Origin: the human T2T-CHM13v2.0 reference genome, Homo sapiens
Reading direction: 5' to 3' (one strand)
Length of the DNA: 64,000 bases
Assembly (NCBI RefSeq): GCF_009914755.1
Contig: NC_060941.1
Part shown: positions 40,763 to 57,385 of the stretch, in pieces
Layout of the letters: each line of letters opens with the position of its first letter
Position numbering within the stretch: the first letter of the stretch is position 1
Made by a program: the position numbers and the translations under genes
The notes under the pieces: model-generated
Told to the model about the DNA's origin: nothing
Databases searched by the model: none
Seen by the model: the letters and a program-made list of their open reading frames with translations, nothing else

Positions 40763-41319
40763 CTAGTGGCAACTACTATTGACGTTGGGTATATTTCTTT
40801 TATTTCTTTTCTATTTGCATATTTTATCTTGCTAAAACTCAATATCTTACCTGTTTTAACAATAGATGTTCATTACAGAAAAAGTGGAAAATATGAATAT
40901 GCCAAAGAAGAAATAGAAATCCCCATGGTCCCATTACCTAGAAACAACCTCTAGTTACATTTTGACGTGTTTCCTTAAAGATGTTTAAATTGGCCAGGCA
41001 CAGTGGCTCACACCTGTAATCCCAGCACTTTGGGAGGCCAAGGCAGGTGGATTACCTGAGGTCAAGAGTTCGAGACCAGCCTGACCAATATGGTGAAACC
41101 CCATCTCTACTAAAAATAAAAAAATTAGCTGAGCATGGTGGTGGGTGCCTGTAATCCCAGGTACTTGGGAGAAGCTGAGGCAGCAGAATCGCTTTAACTC
41201 AGGAGGCGGAGGTTGCAGTGAGCCGAGATTGTGCCACTACACTGCAGCCTGGGCGACAGAGTGAGACTGTCTCAAAAAAAAAAGAAAGAAAGAAAGAAAG
41301 AAAGAAATGGGGGATATAT

Positions 41320-42989
<1,670 letters not shown>

Positions 42990-43984
42990 TTACAGGCACG
43001 AGCCACTGCACCCAGCCGTCTTTTTTTTTTGCTTGTTTTTGAGACAGTCTCAGTCTGCTGCCCAGGATGGAATGCAGTGGCGCTGGAATGCTGAAGGGGG
43101 CCTGCCCCTCCACACCTGTGGGTATTTCTCGCAAGGTGGAGATGAGAGACTGAGAAAACAAATAAGACACAGAGACAAAGTATAGAGGAATAAAAGTGGG
43201 CCCAGGGGACCAGCGCTCAGCAAGCAAGGGCCTGCACCAGCACTGGTCTCTGAGTTCCCTCAGTATTTATTGATCACTATCTCTACCATCTCGGCGAGGG
43301 GGATGTGGCAGGACTATAGGGTAATGGTGGGTAGAGGGTCAGCAGGAAAACGTGAGCAAAGGACTCTGTGTCATAAACAAGTTTAAGGAAAGGTGCTGTG
43401 CCTCGATGTGCACATAGGCCAGATTTACGTTTGACTTCACGCAAACATCTCAGTGCAGTAAAGAGCAGTACTGCCGCCAGCACGTCTCATCTCCAGCCAT
43501 AAGGCGGTTTTCTCCTATCTCAGTAAATCGAATGTACGATCAATCGGGTTTTACACCGAAACATTCCATTCCCAGGGATGAGCAGGAGACAGATGCTTTC
43601 CTCTTATCTCAACTGCAAAGAGGCCTTCCTTTTTCACTGATCCTCCTCAGCACAGACCCTTTACGGGTGTCGGGCTGGGGGACGGTCAGGTCTTTCCCTT
43701 CCCACGAGGCCATATCTCAGGCTGTCTCAGTGGGGGGAAACCTTGGACAATACCCAGGCTTTCTTGGGCAGAGGTCCCTGCGGCCTTCCGCAGTGCATTG
43801 TGTCCCTGGGTACTCAAGACTGGAGAATGGCGATGACTTTTACCAAGCACACTGCCTGCAAACACATTTTTACCAAGGCACATCCTGCACAGCCCTAAAT
43901 CCATTAAACCTTGAGTCAATATAGCACATGTTTCTGCGAGCACAGGGTTGAGGATAGGGTTACAGATTAACAGCATCTCAAGGC

Positions 43985-45379
<1,395 letters not shown>

Positions 45380-45425
45380 CAAGGCAGCAGAATTTTTCTT
45401 AGTACAGATCAAAATGGAGTTTCTT

Positions 45426-46452
45426 TTATTTATTTATTTATTTTTTATTATTATACTTTTAAGTTTTAGGGTACACGTGCACAATGTGCAGGTTAGTTAC
45501 ATATGTATACATCTGCCATGCTGGTGCGCTGCACCCACCAACTCATCATCTAGCATTAGGTATATCTCCCAGTGCTATCCCTCCCCCCTCCCCCCACCCC
45601 ACAACAGTCCCCAGAGTGTGATGTTCCCCTTCCTGTGTCCATGTGCTCTCATTGTTCAATTCCCACTTATGAGTGAGAATATGCGGTGTGTGGTTTTTTT
45701 GTTCTTGCGATAGTTTACTGAGAATGATGATTTCCAGTTTCATCCATGTCCCTACAAAGGACATGAACTCATCATTTTTTATGGCTGCATAGTATTCCAT
45801 GGTGTATATGTGCCACATTTTCTTAATGAGTCTATCATTGTTGGACATTTGGGTTGGTTCCAAGACTTTGCTATTGTGAATAATGCCGCAATAAACATAC
45901 GTGTGCATGTGTCTTCATAGCAGCATGATTTATAGTCCTTTGGGTATATACCCAGTAATGAGATGGCTGGGTCAAATGGTATTTCTAGTTCTAGATCCAT
46001 GAGGAATTGCCACACTGACTTCCACAATGGTTGAACTAGTTTACAGTCCCACCAACAGTGTAAAAGTGTTCCTGTTTCTCCACATCCTCTCCAGCACCTG
46101 TTGTTTCCTGACTTTTTAATGATCGCCATTCTAACTGGTGTGAGATGGTATCTCACTGTGGTTTTGATTTGCATTTCTCTGATGGCCAGTGATGGTGAAC
46201 ATTTTTTCATGTGTCTTTTGGCTGCATAAATGTCTTCTTTTGAGAAGTGTCTGTTCATGTCCTTCGCCCACTTTTTGATGGGGTTGTTTGTTTTTTTCTT
46301 GTAAATTTGTTTGAGTTCATTGTAGATTCTGGATATTAGCCCTTTGTCAGATGAGTAGGTTGCGAAAATTTTCTCCCATTTTGTAGGTTGCCTATTCGCT
46401 CTGATGATAGTTTCTTTTGCTGTGCAGAAGCTCTTTAGTTTAATTAGATCCC
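45426..46452 (-). mobile_element. 5'-truncated young L1PA nested in LTR5
   Basis: L1PA 3'UTR and ORF2 end (45779-46258 minus ORF); TSD caaaatggagtttctt at 45410-45425 and 46453-46468. Confidence 0.95.
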
Positions 46453-47216
46453 CAAAATGGAGTTTCTTATGTCTTCCTCTTTCTACATAGACACAGTAAC
46501 AGTCTGATCTCTATTTCTTTCCCCCACAGAATGCAGTAGCATGATCATGGCTCACTGCAACCTTGACCTCTGTGGGCTCAGGTGATCCTCCTATCTCAGC
46601 CTTCCGAGTAGCTGGGCCTATAGGTGCATGCCACCACTCTCGGCTAATTTTTTGTAGATATGAGGTTTCGCCATGTTGCCCACGTTGGTTTCAAACTCCT
46701 GAGCTCAACTGATTCCTCTGCTTCAGCCTCCCAAAGTGCTAGGATTACAGGCATGAGTCACCATGCCCAGTCCTTGAATGGTTTTAAAGTGTTATTCTTA
46801 TCTGAATATTTGTTTTAAACAATAGTATTTAAACTTACAAGAAAGCCTAAATACAAACCTCTGCATGTTAACCCTGTATACATTTTTCTATGCTGTCACT
46901 TACATTTTTGAATGTACTGCTTTAAACTTCAAAACAAGCAGTCTCCCCCAGGTCTCCCATCACCTTCTGAAATACTAACTTACATTAACTAATATAAAGC
47001 TACAAATTATGTTAGTTGGGTGGCTGGAAACAAAGAATGTGCCATAAAAATAAGGCAAATGTGAATGTGTACATCAGTTTGCTAAGTTTTTTGCCACTGT
47101 TCAGCCTCTTAAATTGTGGTAGCAGCTATTGTTCACATTGATTTGTATATATCTGTAGTACAAGGAAGCATTTCTAAAGGACCTTGCTCATTGTTCTGCA
47201 CAAAATAGCCACTTAA

Positions 47217-47686
<470 letters not shown>

Positions 47687-48749
47687 TAACTATCTGGAGA
47701 GGTGACTACACTGATGCATTAAAAGAAATGACTGGCATGGAATAAGGATTAAAATATATTAATCCAAAACATTTAAAATTGCATTAATAACAGCCTAAAG
47801 CAAAACTAATGAATCACATAAAAAATCTCCCACGCTGTTGTTCTTAGTAGTTTACATTGTGCTACATACTTTCGCATGCATATGCATACAACTTCTATTC
47901 TGTTTTTAAACTTTGCATTACATATACATTCTTCCATATTATATGATCTTCATAAAACTTGTCAGTTAAATGGCTGCATTAAAAAGCATGCGGTTCATGG
48001 ACCATTATGCTGTTCCCTCATTCCTTTTGTTATTAATGGAATATAGCAAAGAACATCTTCCGTACTATTATTTATTTGTCAAGAATAGGGCCAGGCATGG
48101 TGGCTCAGGGAGCCGAGCCTGAGAGCACTTTGGGAGGCCGAGGCAGGCGGATCTCTTGAGGTCAGGAGTTCGTGACCAGCCTGGCAACGTGGGGAAACCT
48201 AAATGTCTCTACTAAACATGTCTCTACTAAAAATACAAAAATTAATGGGGCGTGGTGGTGCACACCTGTGGTCCCAGCTACTCCAGAGGCTCATGTGAGA
48301 GTATCACCAGAGCCCAGGAAGTTGAGGCTGCAGTGAGGCGTGGTCACACTACTGCACTCAAGCCTGGGCGACAGAGGGTGACCCTGTCAAAAAAAAAAAA
48401 AAAAAATCCTAGCAGTAAAGTTACAAGGTCAAAGGATAAGGTACACATTTAAAAAGAAATTTTCTTTCTCCTCCTGAGATAACTAAATACAGCAGTGTAT
48501 GAACAACCCTTCATACATTACTCTCCAAGGTTTATCTTGTTAATCCTTTCAGATGTTATCATCTCCCTATCCTTGGCTGCACCTGAAAAGAGCAGGAGCC
48601 GGCAGGTAACCCGATCGCCTCCCCCAGGTGAGTCTCCGATGGAGGTGTCAACTACAAGACCAGGAGCAGAGCAGTCCTGGGGCTTTGCTGGAACCATTGG
48701 CGTGGGAATGCTGTCTCTTCCCTCGCCCGAGAGACGCCAGATTCCCAGC

Positions 48750-50100
48750 GGGCAGCGGACTCGGTTCTAACCTTCCTCGCCCCAGCCTCTAGGAGCGCTC
48801 TGCACGCAGTGGGCGTCTAATAAATGCAGTCGGCCCTGCTTGGACAAAAGCTCTCCTTAAGTGGACCGGACACTATGCCCCTCCAGGTGCCAGAGTTGTC
48901 GCCCCCGCTGCCACTTTGCTCCCTGCGCGCGTTCCGCGTGAGACCCTCGGCGGCACCTCACCCACTCCCTGACGGCCGGTGCCAGCCCGGGGCACCCTGG
49001 GTACTCTGCGCGCGCCCGCTGGCCCCGCCCGGCCCCAACGGCCCCAACTCCCGTCTCCTCCCAGTCCCCCGGAGCCGACCAGTGGTGGCGGCAGCCCCAG
49101 GTCCCGGGTCCCTCAGACAAAAAGGCGGGTGGAGGAGGAGTAGCCGAGCCCAGAGTCCTGCTCCGGCGCCGCCGAGCACCGCCCGCCTCAGCCGACCAGC
49201 CCCGTCGGCTACTGGGCCTAGCCTAGAGGAGAGGAGGGAAAGGCCGCGGAGGCCGCGAGGAGACGGCTGGGGCGCCAGCGGCCGGCTGCCGCCTAGTTGT
49301 GCTGCCCGGACCAAGGAAGGAGAAGTGGGAGGAGCGGGGAGCTCAGCGGCTCAGGACGACGACGCTCGCCACATCCGGGACCCTCCGGCCGTGGCGGTCG
49401 CAGCGCCGGCAGCTCGGGCCTCAGCCCCTGCCTCTGTGGTGACTCCGCCGCGCTTCGACGTCGCCCCTGTCCCCGTCCCGCCCGCCGCCCCCGCCAACCC
49501 CGCCGCCGGGGACATGTCCAACCCCTGAAGCCGGAGGAACGGGCCAGTCAGACTGCGCCCGACAGGTGATGGGGAGCGGCGGCCGGGCTGGGCAGCCGCC
49601 GGGTGGGCGAGCTGGCGCGGGGTACCTGTTGACTTGGGAAGGGCCAGGATCGCGATCAATGGTGAGTTGGGGGTCGGAGGAGTAGGAAGGCCTAGTTCAG
49701 GGAGAGTAATTGGAAAGCCACTCGCTCTGGTTTGGACATTCTTTAAAAAGCCGAGGATGACTCGGGGAGGCGGGGTAGTCTTTTGTGGAGGGGAGGATAC
49801 ACCCGTTCGCATCGCAGCGGATTTCGGGCTGAAAAGTCTTGGTCAAGGAGCCCGACGCTGCCTCCCGGGGCTCGGGGAGCAGCAGCCCCTGGGCTACGGC
49901 CCAGGTGGGCTCGTGAAGGGGATTATTGAATCCGGTTGCAGACTGCGCGCAGTAAACACTCCTTAAAGATGGAGCGCTTAACGGGAGGGTGTACGTGTGT
50001 GTTCCCGGGTTGTTACCTTGCACACCCACTTATGCCCGCTTGCAAAACCTTTACTCCCCGCCTCTGGCCACCGTTGCCGGGGCCGCACACCTTAAACTCA
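48750..50100 (+). promoter_or_regulatory. CpG island promoter of the duplicated SMURF2 exon 1
   Basis: High GC and CpG density with GC boxes, surrounding the SMURF2-like first exon. Confidence 0.85.
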
Positions 50101-52171
50101 GGTCTCTCTGAGGAGAGGAGACTGAGGTTGACTTTTCCCATGTGCCTGTCTGATCCGACGGCTCGGGCTCATTGTACACTGTGTTTTGGAAGTGTCTGAT
50201 TGTAGGGTGGCATGTTTGGGGTTGTACCTTGTAGGCCGCAGAACTTGTGTCACTTCTAACTCCAGACCTGCTTTAAAAACACACTTTTGGAGGCGGGTAG
50301 GGGGTACTTTTCTAACTATGTGCTCATACAAACTTTAGAGCAAACTTTCTCTTACTCTCCCCACCCTCCCCCTTCCTTTTTCTAAATGGAAAATAATGTC
50401 CGGAGGGGTTGCTAGATAGAAGACTACACTTACAAAGTGTTTATGATTCCAGGCGCATGAAATCTTTAACATTACAGGTACATTTTTGCTTACAGTGCCA
50501 TTTTTGGTATTCTTACATGGACATGTCACCCCCATTTTAGGAAAACTTGTATTTGGTTTGAAAAGGAATTGAAATCACGACGTTATCCTACCTTCACCAT
50601 TTACCCCTGATAAATTGTCCACGTTTATATTCCGATGAGTGGTGAGAAAGATAATTTTCCGTAGAGGATTTGTGTGTGCGTGCACGTGTACGAATAAACT
50701 GTAATTATGTTTGTCCACACTAGACTTTGAGATTTATTTGAGCTAATTTTGTGGTTGAATGCCTGTGTGTCACATCCCAGTACAGCTAGATGAAAACTTG
50801 CAGTGAATTTGGTATTTGAGAATTTATCTCGAATGTCTGTTGGCTGCAATTTAAATAATATACGACCTTCATGACAGTTTTGCTTTCCCTAGGGAAAAAT
50901 GCAGGGAATCATTAACTGAGTGGTTCTTAATGGAAAACCTGGATTGGAGGATACTTGTATTTCCCCCTACTCCCCCCCATTCAATGTCCTTATATTGGGA
51001 GAAGTCAATGGAAACCTTTTTAGGGGATCTTTGTTGCTTTAGAGTTTATCTGTTGCTATCTGGAATCAGTGATCATCGAAAGAACATGCGATCCCAGGTG
51101 TGCAGAAAGCATCAGAAATAAGCTGTTTCCATTTACTTCCCTCAAGGCTACATAGAGAAAATGAGGGAAAAAATAGGGATTTTGATTTTCTGCAGATAAA
51201 ATGAGTTGAGGTTTTTAGTATGACTCAGTAGATCTTAAAGTGTTTATCTGTGGTTTCTGTACTGCCTATGATACATTATAAAAATTTATAAGTAAAGTTT
51301 GTTAAGAGGAAAGATTATGCTTATATTTTAGGGGAAGAGGGAATATTGAACTACATTTATAGAGTGATTTTGTTTCAGGTTTTTCTGAGGATTTTTTAAA
51401 TACCCTGTGTCCACTTAATAGGAAAAACAGTTTGAGGTACTCTGAGTTTCTTACAACTATTTGTCTCTGAATAGTTTTCTCTTAAAATTTGACAAATGTT
51501 AAAAACATTGTCCTTCCTCCTTTGGTTATAGTGGAGTCTTCTGTTTTGCCAGGAAAGCGAACATTTTTTTTTTCATTTTTGTTCATCATTTACAAATTAG
51601 ATGGGATATATTTTAGCAAATAGATCTCAAGAGCTGGATTTAATTAGCAGCTTTTTAGGACATAAACATTAAAGGGTTAGATGGAAAAGATTGTTTTGAC
51701 TGACAGGATAAATGACAGGGCTGTGTTTGATGTGCGTCCAGGAATTGGTCTGGAGCTGGTGCCCAACTTCTCAGTCCATCTTGAGAAGCCAAATAAAATA
51801 CTTAACCTAGGCCTCATTTTGTTTAAAAAAAAAAAAAAAAGTTGATTCTTTGTTAAGACCTTAAGAAATGTTTGGCATACCTTTAGACTAAGTGTTTAAC
51901 AGTTCATTTAGACCTGGGTTCCCTAATAGAGGAAAAAAAATCACTTAAAAAAAGACAGATCCCACAGTGAATTTATATTTGGTTTACAATACACTTGGGC
52001 TGTAAGATGTTTTAAAATTATTGTTCTTTGCTTTAAGTTAATACCATATTAGTATTTTAAATTTATAGAGTACCTTTGATTTCAATATGCTGTATAAATT
52101 TTAGTTACTTGGTAATAACCTTATTGCGGAATTGCCTTTTTACTGAAAGGTATAAACATTTCTTGCATGGT

Positions 52172-52172
<1 letters not shown>

Positions 52173-52214
<42 letters not shown>

Positions 52215-52230
52215 ACTCACACACTCATAC
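52173..52230. repeat. (CA)n microsatellite
   Basis: Direct observation. Confidence 0.95.
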
Positions 52231-52902
52231 ACTGTCTTTCTGAAATATTTGAACCGTGAGAGCTCTGCCCACAATTGATATTAGACCTTTCCACATATTA
52301 TTCTTAAAACCACAGTCAGTGAATTGTTTGGTATTTGTCAATGCTAAGAAGGTGGGACTAATTTAATAATTTGATCCCAAATTTTAGATTCCTCAGGCAA
52401 TTGGGGGTTAGAATCCAATTTCATCCATCAAGCTACTTCTGTTCTTTGTGACACATTAACATATGATCATTAAAATGGGCTGTATGGTAACACTATCAAC
52501 TTCAACTAATATTTCTAGAACAAATTGATTATAAAATGTATAATTTCTATACCATTATACCTATATGACTGTCAGATACAGGCTTTTCTTACAATGGTTT
52601 GGATAGAAAAATATTCTTTACAGTAAAAACTTTAGGATAATTTTCAGACCATTATTGTTTTTGAAAACCAAAGGCTGCAAAAAGCAGTTTAATGTAATTT
52701 CTAATATTTTAAATTCTTAGGTATGGAGAAGTAGAATAAGATTACTCCTTCAGAACATTTATTTCAGATCTTTTTATAAATTTAATGTTTTTGTATGCTG
52801 CTTCTCATATTATTAATTTCAAAGCCCTTGGCAGTAAGGAGGTTAACCTTGTCTATAATGTAAGGAAATTTAACTTTAAAAATTTCCCTTTATATATGCT
52901 AG

Positions 52903-53305
<403 letters not shown>

Positions 53306-54129
53306 AGAAATTTTTTAAATGCAAAGTTCTCTAGCCACTTTGTATTTACCACTACATGTCTCACTAACTTCAGGAAACCTGATAGCTTTTGACCACATTA
53401 GAGTAACTTGGCTCTCAAGTTAACTTTTTGTAGAATAGTATAATCAGGTTAAGTTGAAACCTATCTTTCTTTAGTCTTCCAATATAATTATAGGACACTT
53501 TTTGGTTAAACCATTGTTCCATGTTTACATTATTATGATTATGTAAATATCCATAGTTGGGTCACATGGGTACAAGAATTATATTTTCTTTCTTGACAGC
53601 TTTTGTTTTTTCTGAAATTAGTAGCTACTTTTCCCTTTTGTTTAGTTTTCTATTCCTCTCCTAGCTAGAAATGAGAAATTACATGTCATAATCCTCAAAC
53701 TCTCCTACAGAACTGAAGATCTTTTCTCCATATATTCAGTTCTGTCAGTATTCCTTTGGCTTTGTTTCTTCTTGGAGATACCCCTCCTGGGGGTCTGTGT
53801 TCTCTTTCTTCAGCCTGGCATAATGGTTCTCTAAGACCTGCTGGGCAGTTGTCCTGGGACTTGCCTGTATTGTTATGTTGGCAATTTCCTTTGTCTCTTC
53901 TAGATTTAGTGACTTCCTATTTTTTGTTTACTCTCCTGATTTGGTGAACTCTATCTTCTGTTGTCATTTTGAGAAATAATACAAAGATGGGAAGAAAGTT
54001 TAGATCTTATCAGAAAATATATTTTGATTTCTTATCTGTTGGTATGGTTCGAGTACAGGCTTCTAGATGAAATAGGACTTTATCTCCAAATGTTGAATAC
54101 ATTGGTCCATTATCTTCTAGATTTAGATC

Positions 54130-54655
54130 CGAACTGTTGAGTAGAAATATAATGTAAGCCACAAATGGGAGCTCATCTGTAATTTTAAATTTCCTAGTAT
54201 CCACATTAAGATAAGTAAAAAGAAACAGATGACGTTAAGCATAATAAACTGGGCATGGTGGCTTGCACTTGTAATCCAGCTACTCGGGAGGCTGAGGTGA
54301 GAGGATAACTTGAGGCCGGCAGTTTGTGACCACACTGGGCAACATAGCGAGACCCATAATATAATATATTATGCATAATAAGCATAATTTATTATGCTTA
54401 AAATGAAGCATAATATATTTTATTTAATTCAATATATCAAAAATATTTTCTACATGGCAGTATAAAAATATTGAGCTACTTACATATTTATGTATATATA
54501 CATATTTACTATGTCTTTGAAAAATCAGTGGTTTTCTCATTTTATGTTAAGAAAAATCAGTGGTTTCTTTTGCAGCTTGCCTCAATGTGGACTGGCCACA
54601 TTTGAAGTACTCAAAGGTCCCATGTGGTTGGTGGATACCATTTTGGACAGTGTAG
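54130..54655. mobile_element. MER33/MER3-like hAT-Charlie element interrupted by an Alu monomer (54248-54356)
   Basis: 'agaaatataatgtaagccaca..taattttaaatttcctagtatccacatt' and 'gccacatttgaagtactcaa..catgtggttggtggataccattttggacag'. Confidence 0.7.
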
Positions 54656-56409
54656 GTTCAGAGTATTGCTGATGGCATCCTGATTTTGATCTGTCATGAC
54701 TGTTGTTTTCCACTGGAAGTTTCTTTATTCTTCTGTCGCTTGTTATTTTCCTTTAAAAAAATTGTAGCCCCCCTAGTGGGTATGAAGTTGTACCTCGTCA
54801 TGGTTTGGAAGTGCATTTCCCTCATGACTAATGATGTTGAACATCTTTGCATGTGCTCGTTATGTTTTATCTTACAGTTAATATTAATTGGCTACCAGAG
54901 GCTTCTCTCTTGCTTGTGTCTGAGGTCATTTTGCAAAATCCTTGCCTTTAATTGGCTAAGTGTACAAACAAAAGTCTAATAATTAAATTTTAGCCCAAAA
55001 TCCTGAGTATATATATTGTACTTTTGTCTATATGGTAACATTATATTCACCTATAGAGGTTGCCATCTACCCCTCTCAGCAAAACATGCTGAAACTTGTT
55101 TATAAATCATGTATTTGTTAGTGAAGTCAAAGTTTTAATAGAAGCTAATAGAGCCCTCTATTTAACTTTCAATTATAAAAGTCTTTACTTTTTCTTTTAT
55201 GTGGCCATGTATGTTATATTACATGAGGTTTCATTAAAGTGAGAGCATGTACTTCTCTGTGTATAAGAAAAGGTAATACTTCTGATTAATTTCTGGCCCA
55301 GGAATATTTGGACAGAATGTTTGTGACATGTACACTTAAATAATACAATATATTTCATAATTTTGAGTAATTCAGAGTTAGGCTGTCTTCTAGAAGGTCC
55401 ATAATTAGCAATTTCTTATTATGGTTTAATGTAGAGCTTCCCAACCTTTTCATATCATGGTACACATAAAAAATATTATGGCACACTGGACTAAACAGGT
55501 GAAGTTGCTTAAGCCAGTGGTGCATTGCTCTGAGGACTGAGGTAATCGATATATGTATTTCAGCATACCTGTAAACCAGGCTTATTAGTTGGACAACTGG
55601 TTTAATGTGACTTTAAAAAAAATGTTTGGTTTGGGTAATTCAGCTACTTAATTACTGGATTCTGGCTCTGGAATTACATGCCAGTAGATATATACCAAGA
55701 TAGGTCGGGTAGGTGTATTTGAAAATTGGTACATGCATACTGAACAATATTTTAGTTCATGTCTTTTCATTTGCAAGCAACAGAGACCAAGTTCAAATCG
55801 GCTTAATTTTTAAAAAGGGAATGTACTGATTTGCATAATGAAAAGCCCGGGGGTGGGCATTTTTTAGGCACAGCTAGATCCCGGGGCTCAAGTTTACCTT
55901 CCATATTCCTTATTTGAAAGCTTTAGTCCTTACTTCAGTGGTTTAGGCTTTTCTCTATACTAGGTGAATTTTTCTGATATTGCTAATTTATTTAATTAGC
56001 AATACTTTAGACTAAAACTTTGACCTCTTAATGTCATTGAAATAGAGCTAGGATTCTACTGACATCATTATGTTATTATATTATCTTTTTGCATGAGTTG
56101 ATGCCATGTTACTAATTGGCTGTGATAGAGCCTTTACGTACTTGCAGGTATATCCACAGACAAGTACAGTAATGCTTCTCCCTGCACTGCTTGTCTGCAG
56201 GAGGTGAAGTGAAATCTGCAAGAGTCCTGCTCGTTCAAGGCCTGCATACAGGAAAGAAGCAGGGGAAAAGCGTTAGAAACAGCTTTTGTTCTACAGCATT
56301 TTAAAATATAATAGGTAGGTCAAATTTTTGGTCTGTCAGCCTTGACACTATCCCTTGAAAGTAGGTCATGTCATTGAAATGTATTTAAAATGTGACTGTG
56401 ATAAAAGTT

Positions 56410-56728
56410 GTTTTTTTGTTTTGTTTTGTTTTGTTTTTTGAGACGGAGTCTCGCTCTGTCTCCCAGTCTAGAGTGCAGTGGCGCGATCTCGGCTCACTGC
56501 AAGCTCCGCCTCCCGGGTTCACGCCATTCTCCTGCCTCAGCCTCCTGAGTAGCTAGGACTACAGGCGCCCGCCACCACGCCCGGCTAATTTTTTTTTTAT
56601 TTTTTATTTTTAGTAGAGACGGGATTTCACCGTGTTAGCCAGGATGGCTTGATCTCCTGACCTCGTGATACGCCCGCCTCAGCCTCCCAAAGTGCTGGGA
56701 TTACAGGCGTGAGCCACTGTGCCCGGCC
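56410..56728 (-). mobile_element. AluY
   Basis: AluY diagnostics; TSD tgataaaagtt on both sides. Confidence 0.95.
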
Positions 56729-57238
56729 ATGATAAAAGTTTTTAAGATTCTTTTTCTTGGAAAGAAGTTATTTAATAAACTCCCTTAGTGTTATTAGACA
56801 CTAGCTACCAAAATAGCCTTTTTACTAACTAGAATTATAGCCCAGCTTGAGAGTGGCAGATGTGATAAAAATATACTAAAATTGTTTTTAAAAATTTTAC
56901 TTTCAAGATTTTTTAAAACTTTATATTCAATCCTGTGGATTAACTCATGTATTTTGCATAATCTAGCCAGGCTCTGAAGCATATTTGTAACTTTAGGGTA
57001 TAAAAAGAACAAAAGAAAAATTTTACGCCCACTGCCTTATAACTACCAACATACTTATGCAGCCATTTTCATTTTTAGGTATATTGAAAAGTCTGATTCA
57101 GTTACAATCAGTGTATGGAATCACAAGAAGATCCATAAGAAACAAGGTGCTGGATTTCTCCGTTGTGTTCGTCTTTTTCCAGTGCCATCAACCACCTCAA
57201 AGACACTGGTTGTGAGTAGATACTACTGCTTTTCAAAT

Positions 57239-57285
<47 letters not shown>

Positions 57286-57385
57286 GTGCATATACATATA
57301 TGTGTGTGTGTATATGTATGTGTGCATATACATATATACATGTAGTATATATGTATTCTCAAATATATATGAAGGATATATATAT
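57239..57385. repeat. Compound (TA)n/(TG)n microsatellite
   Basis: Direct observation. Confidence 0.9.

Noticed and set aside
48824-49528. 234-aa GC-rich ORF ending in MSNP
   Set aside because: Stop-poor CpG-island and 5'UTR sequence in frame with the dead SMURF2 start; no protein-like features.
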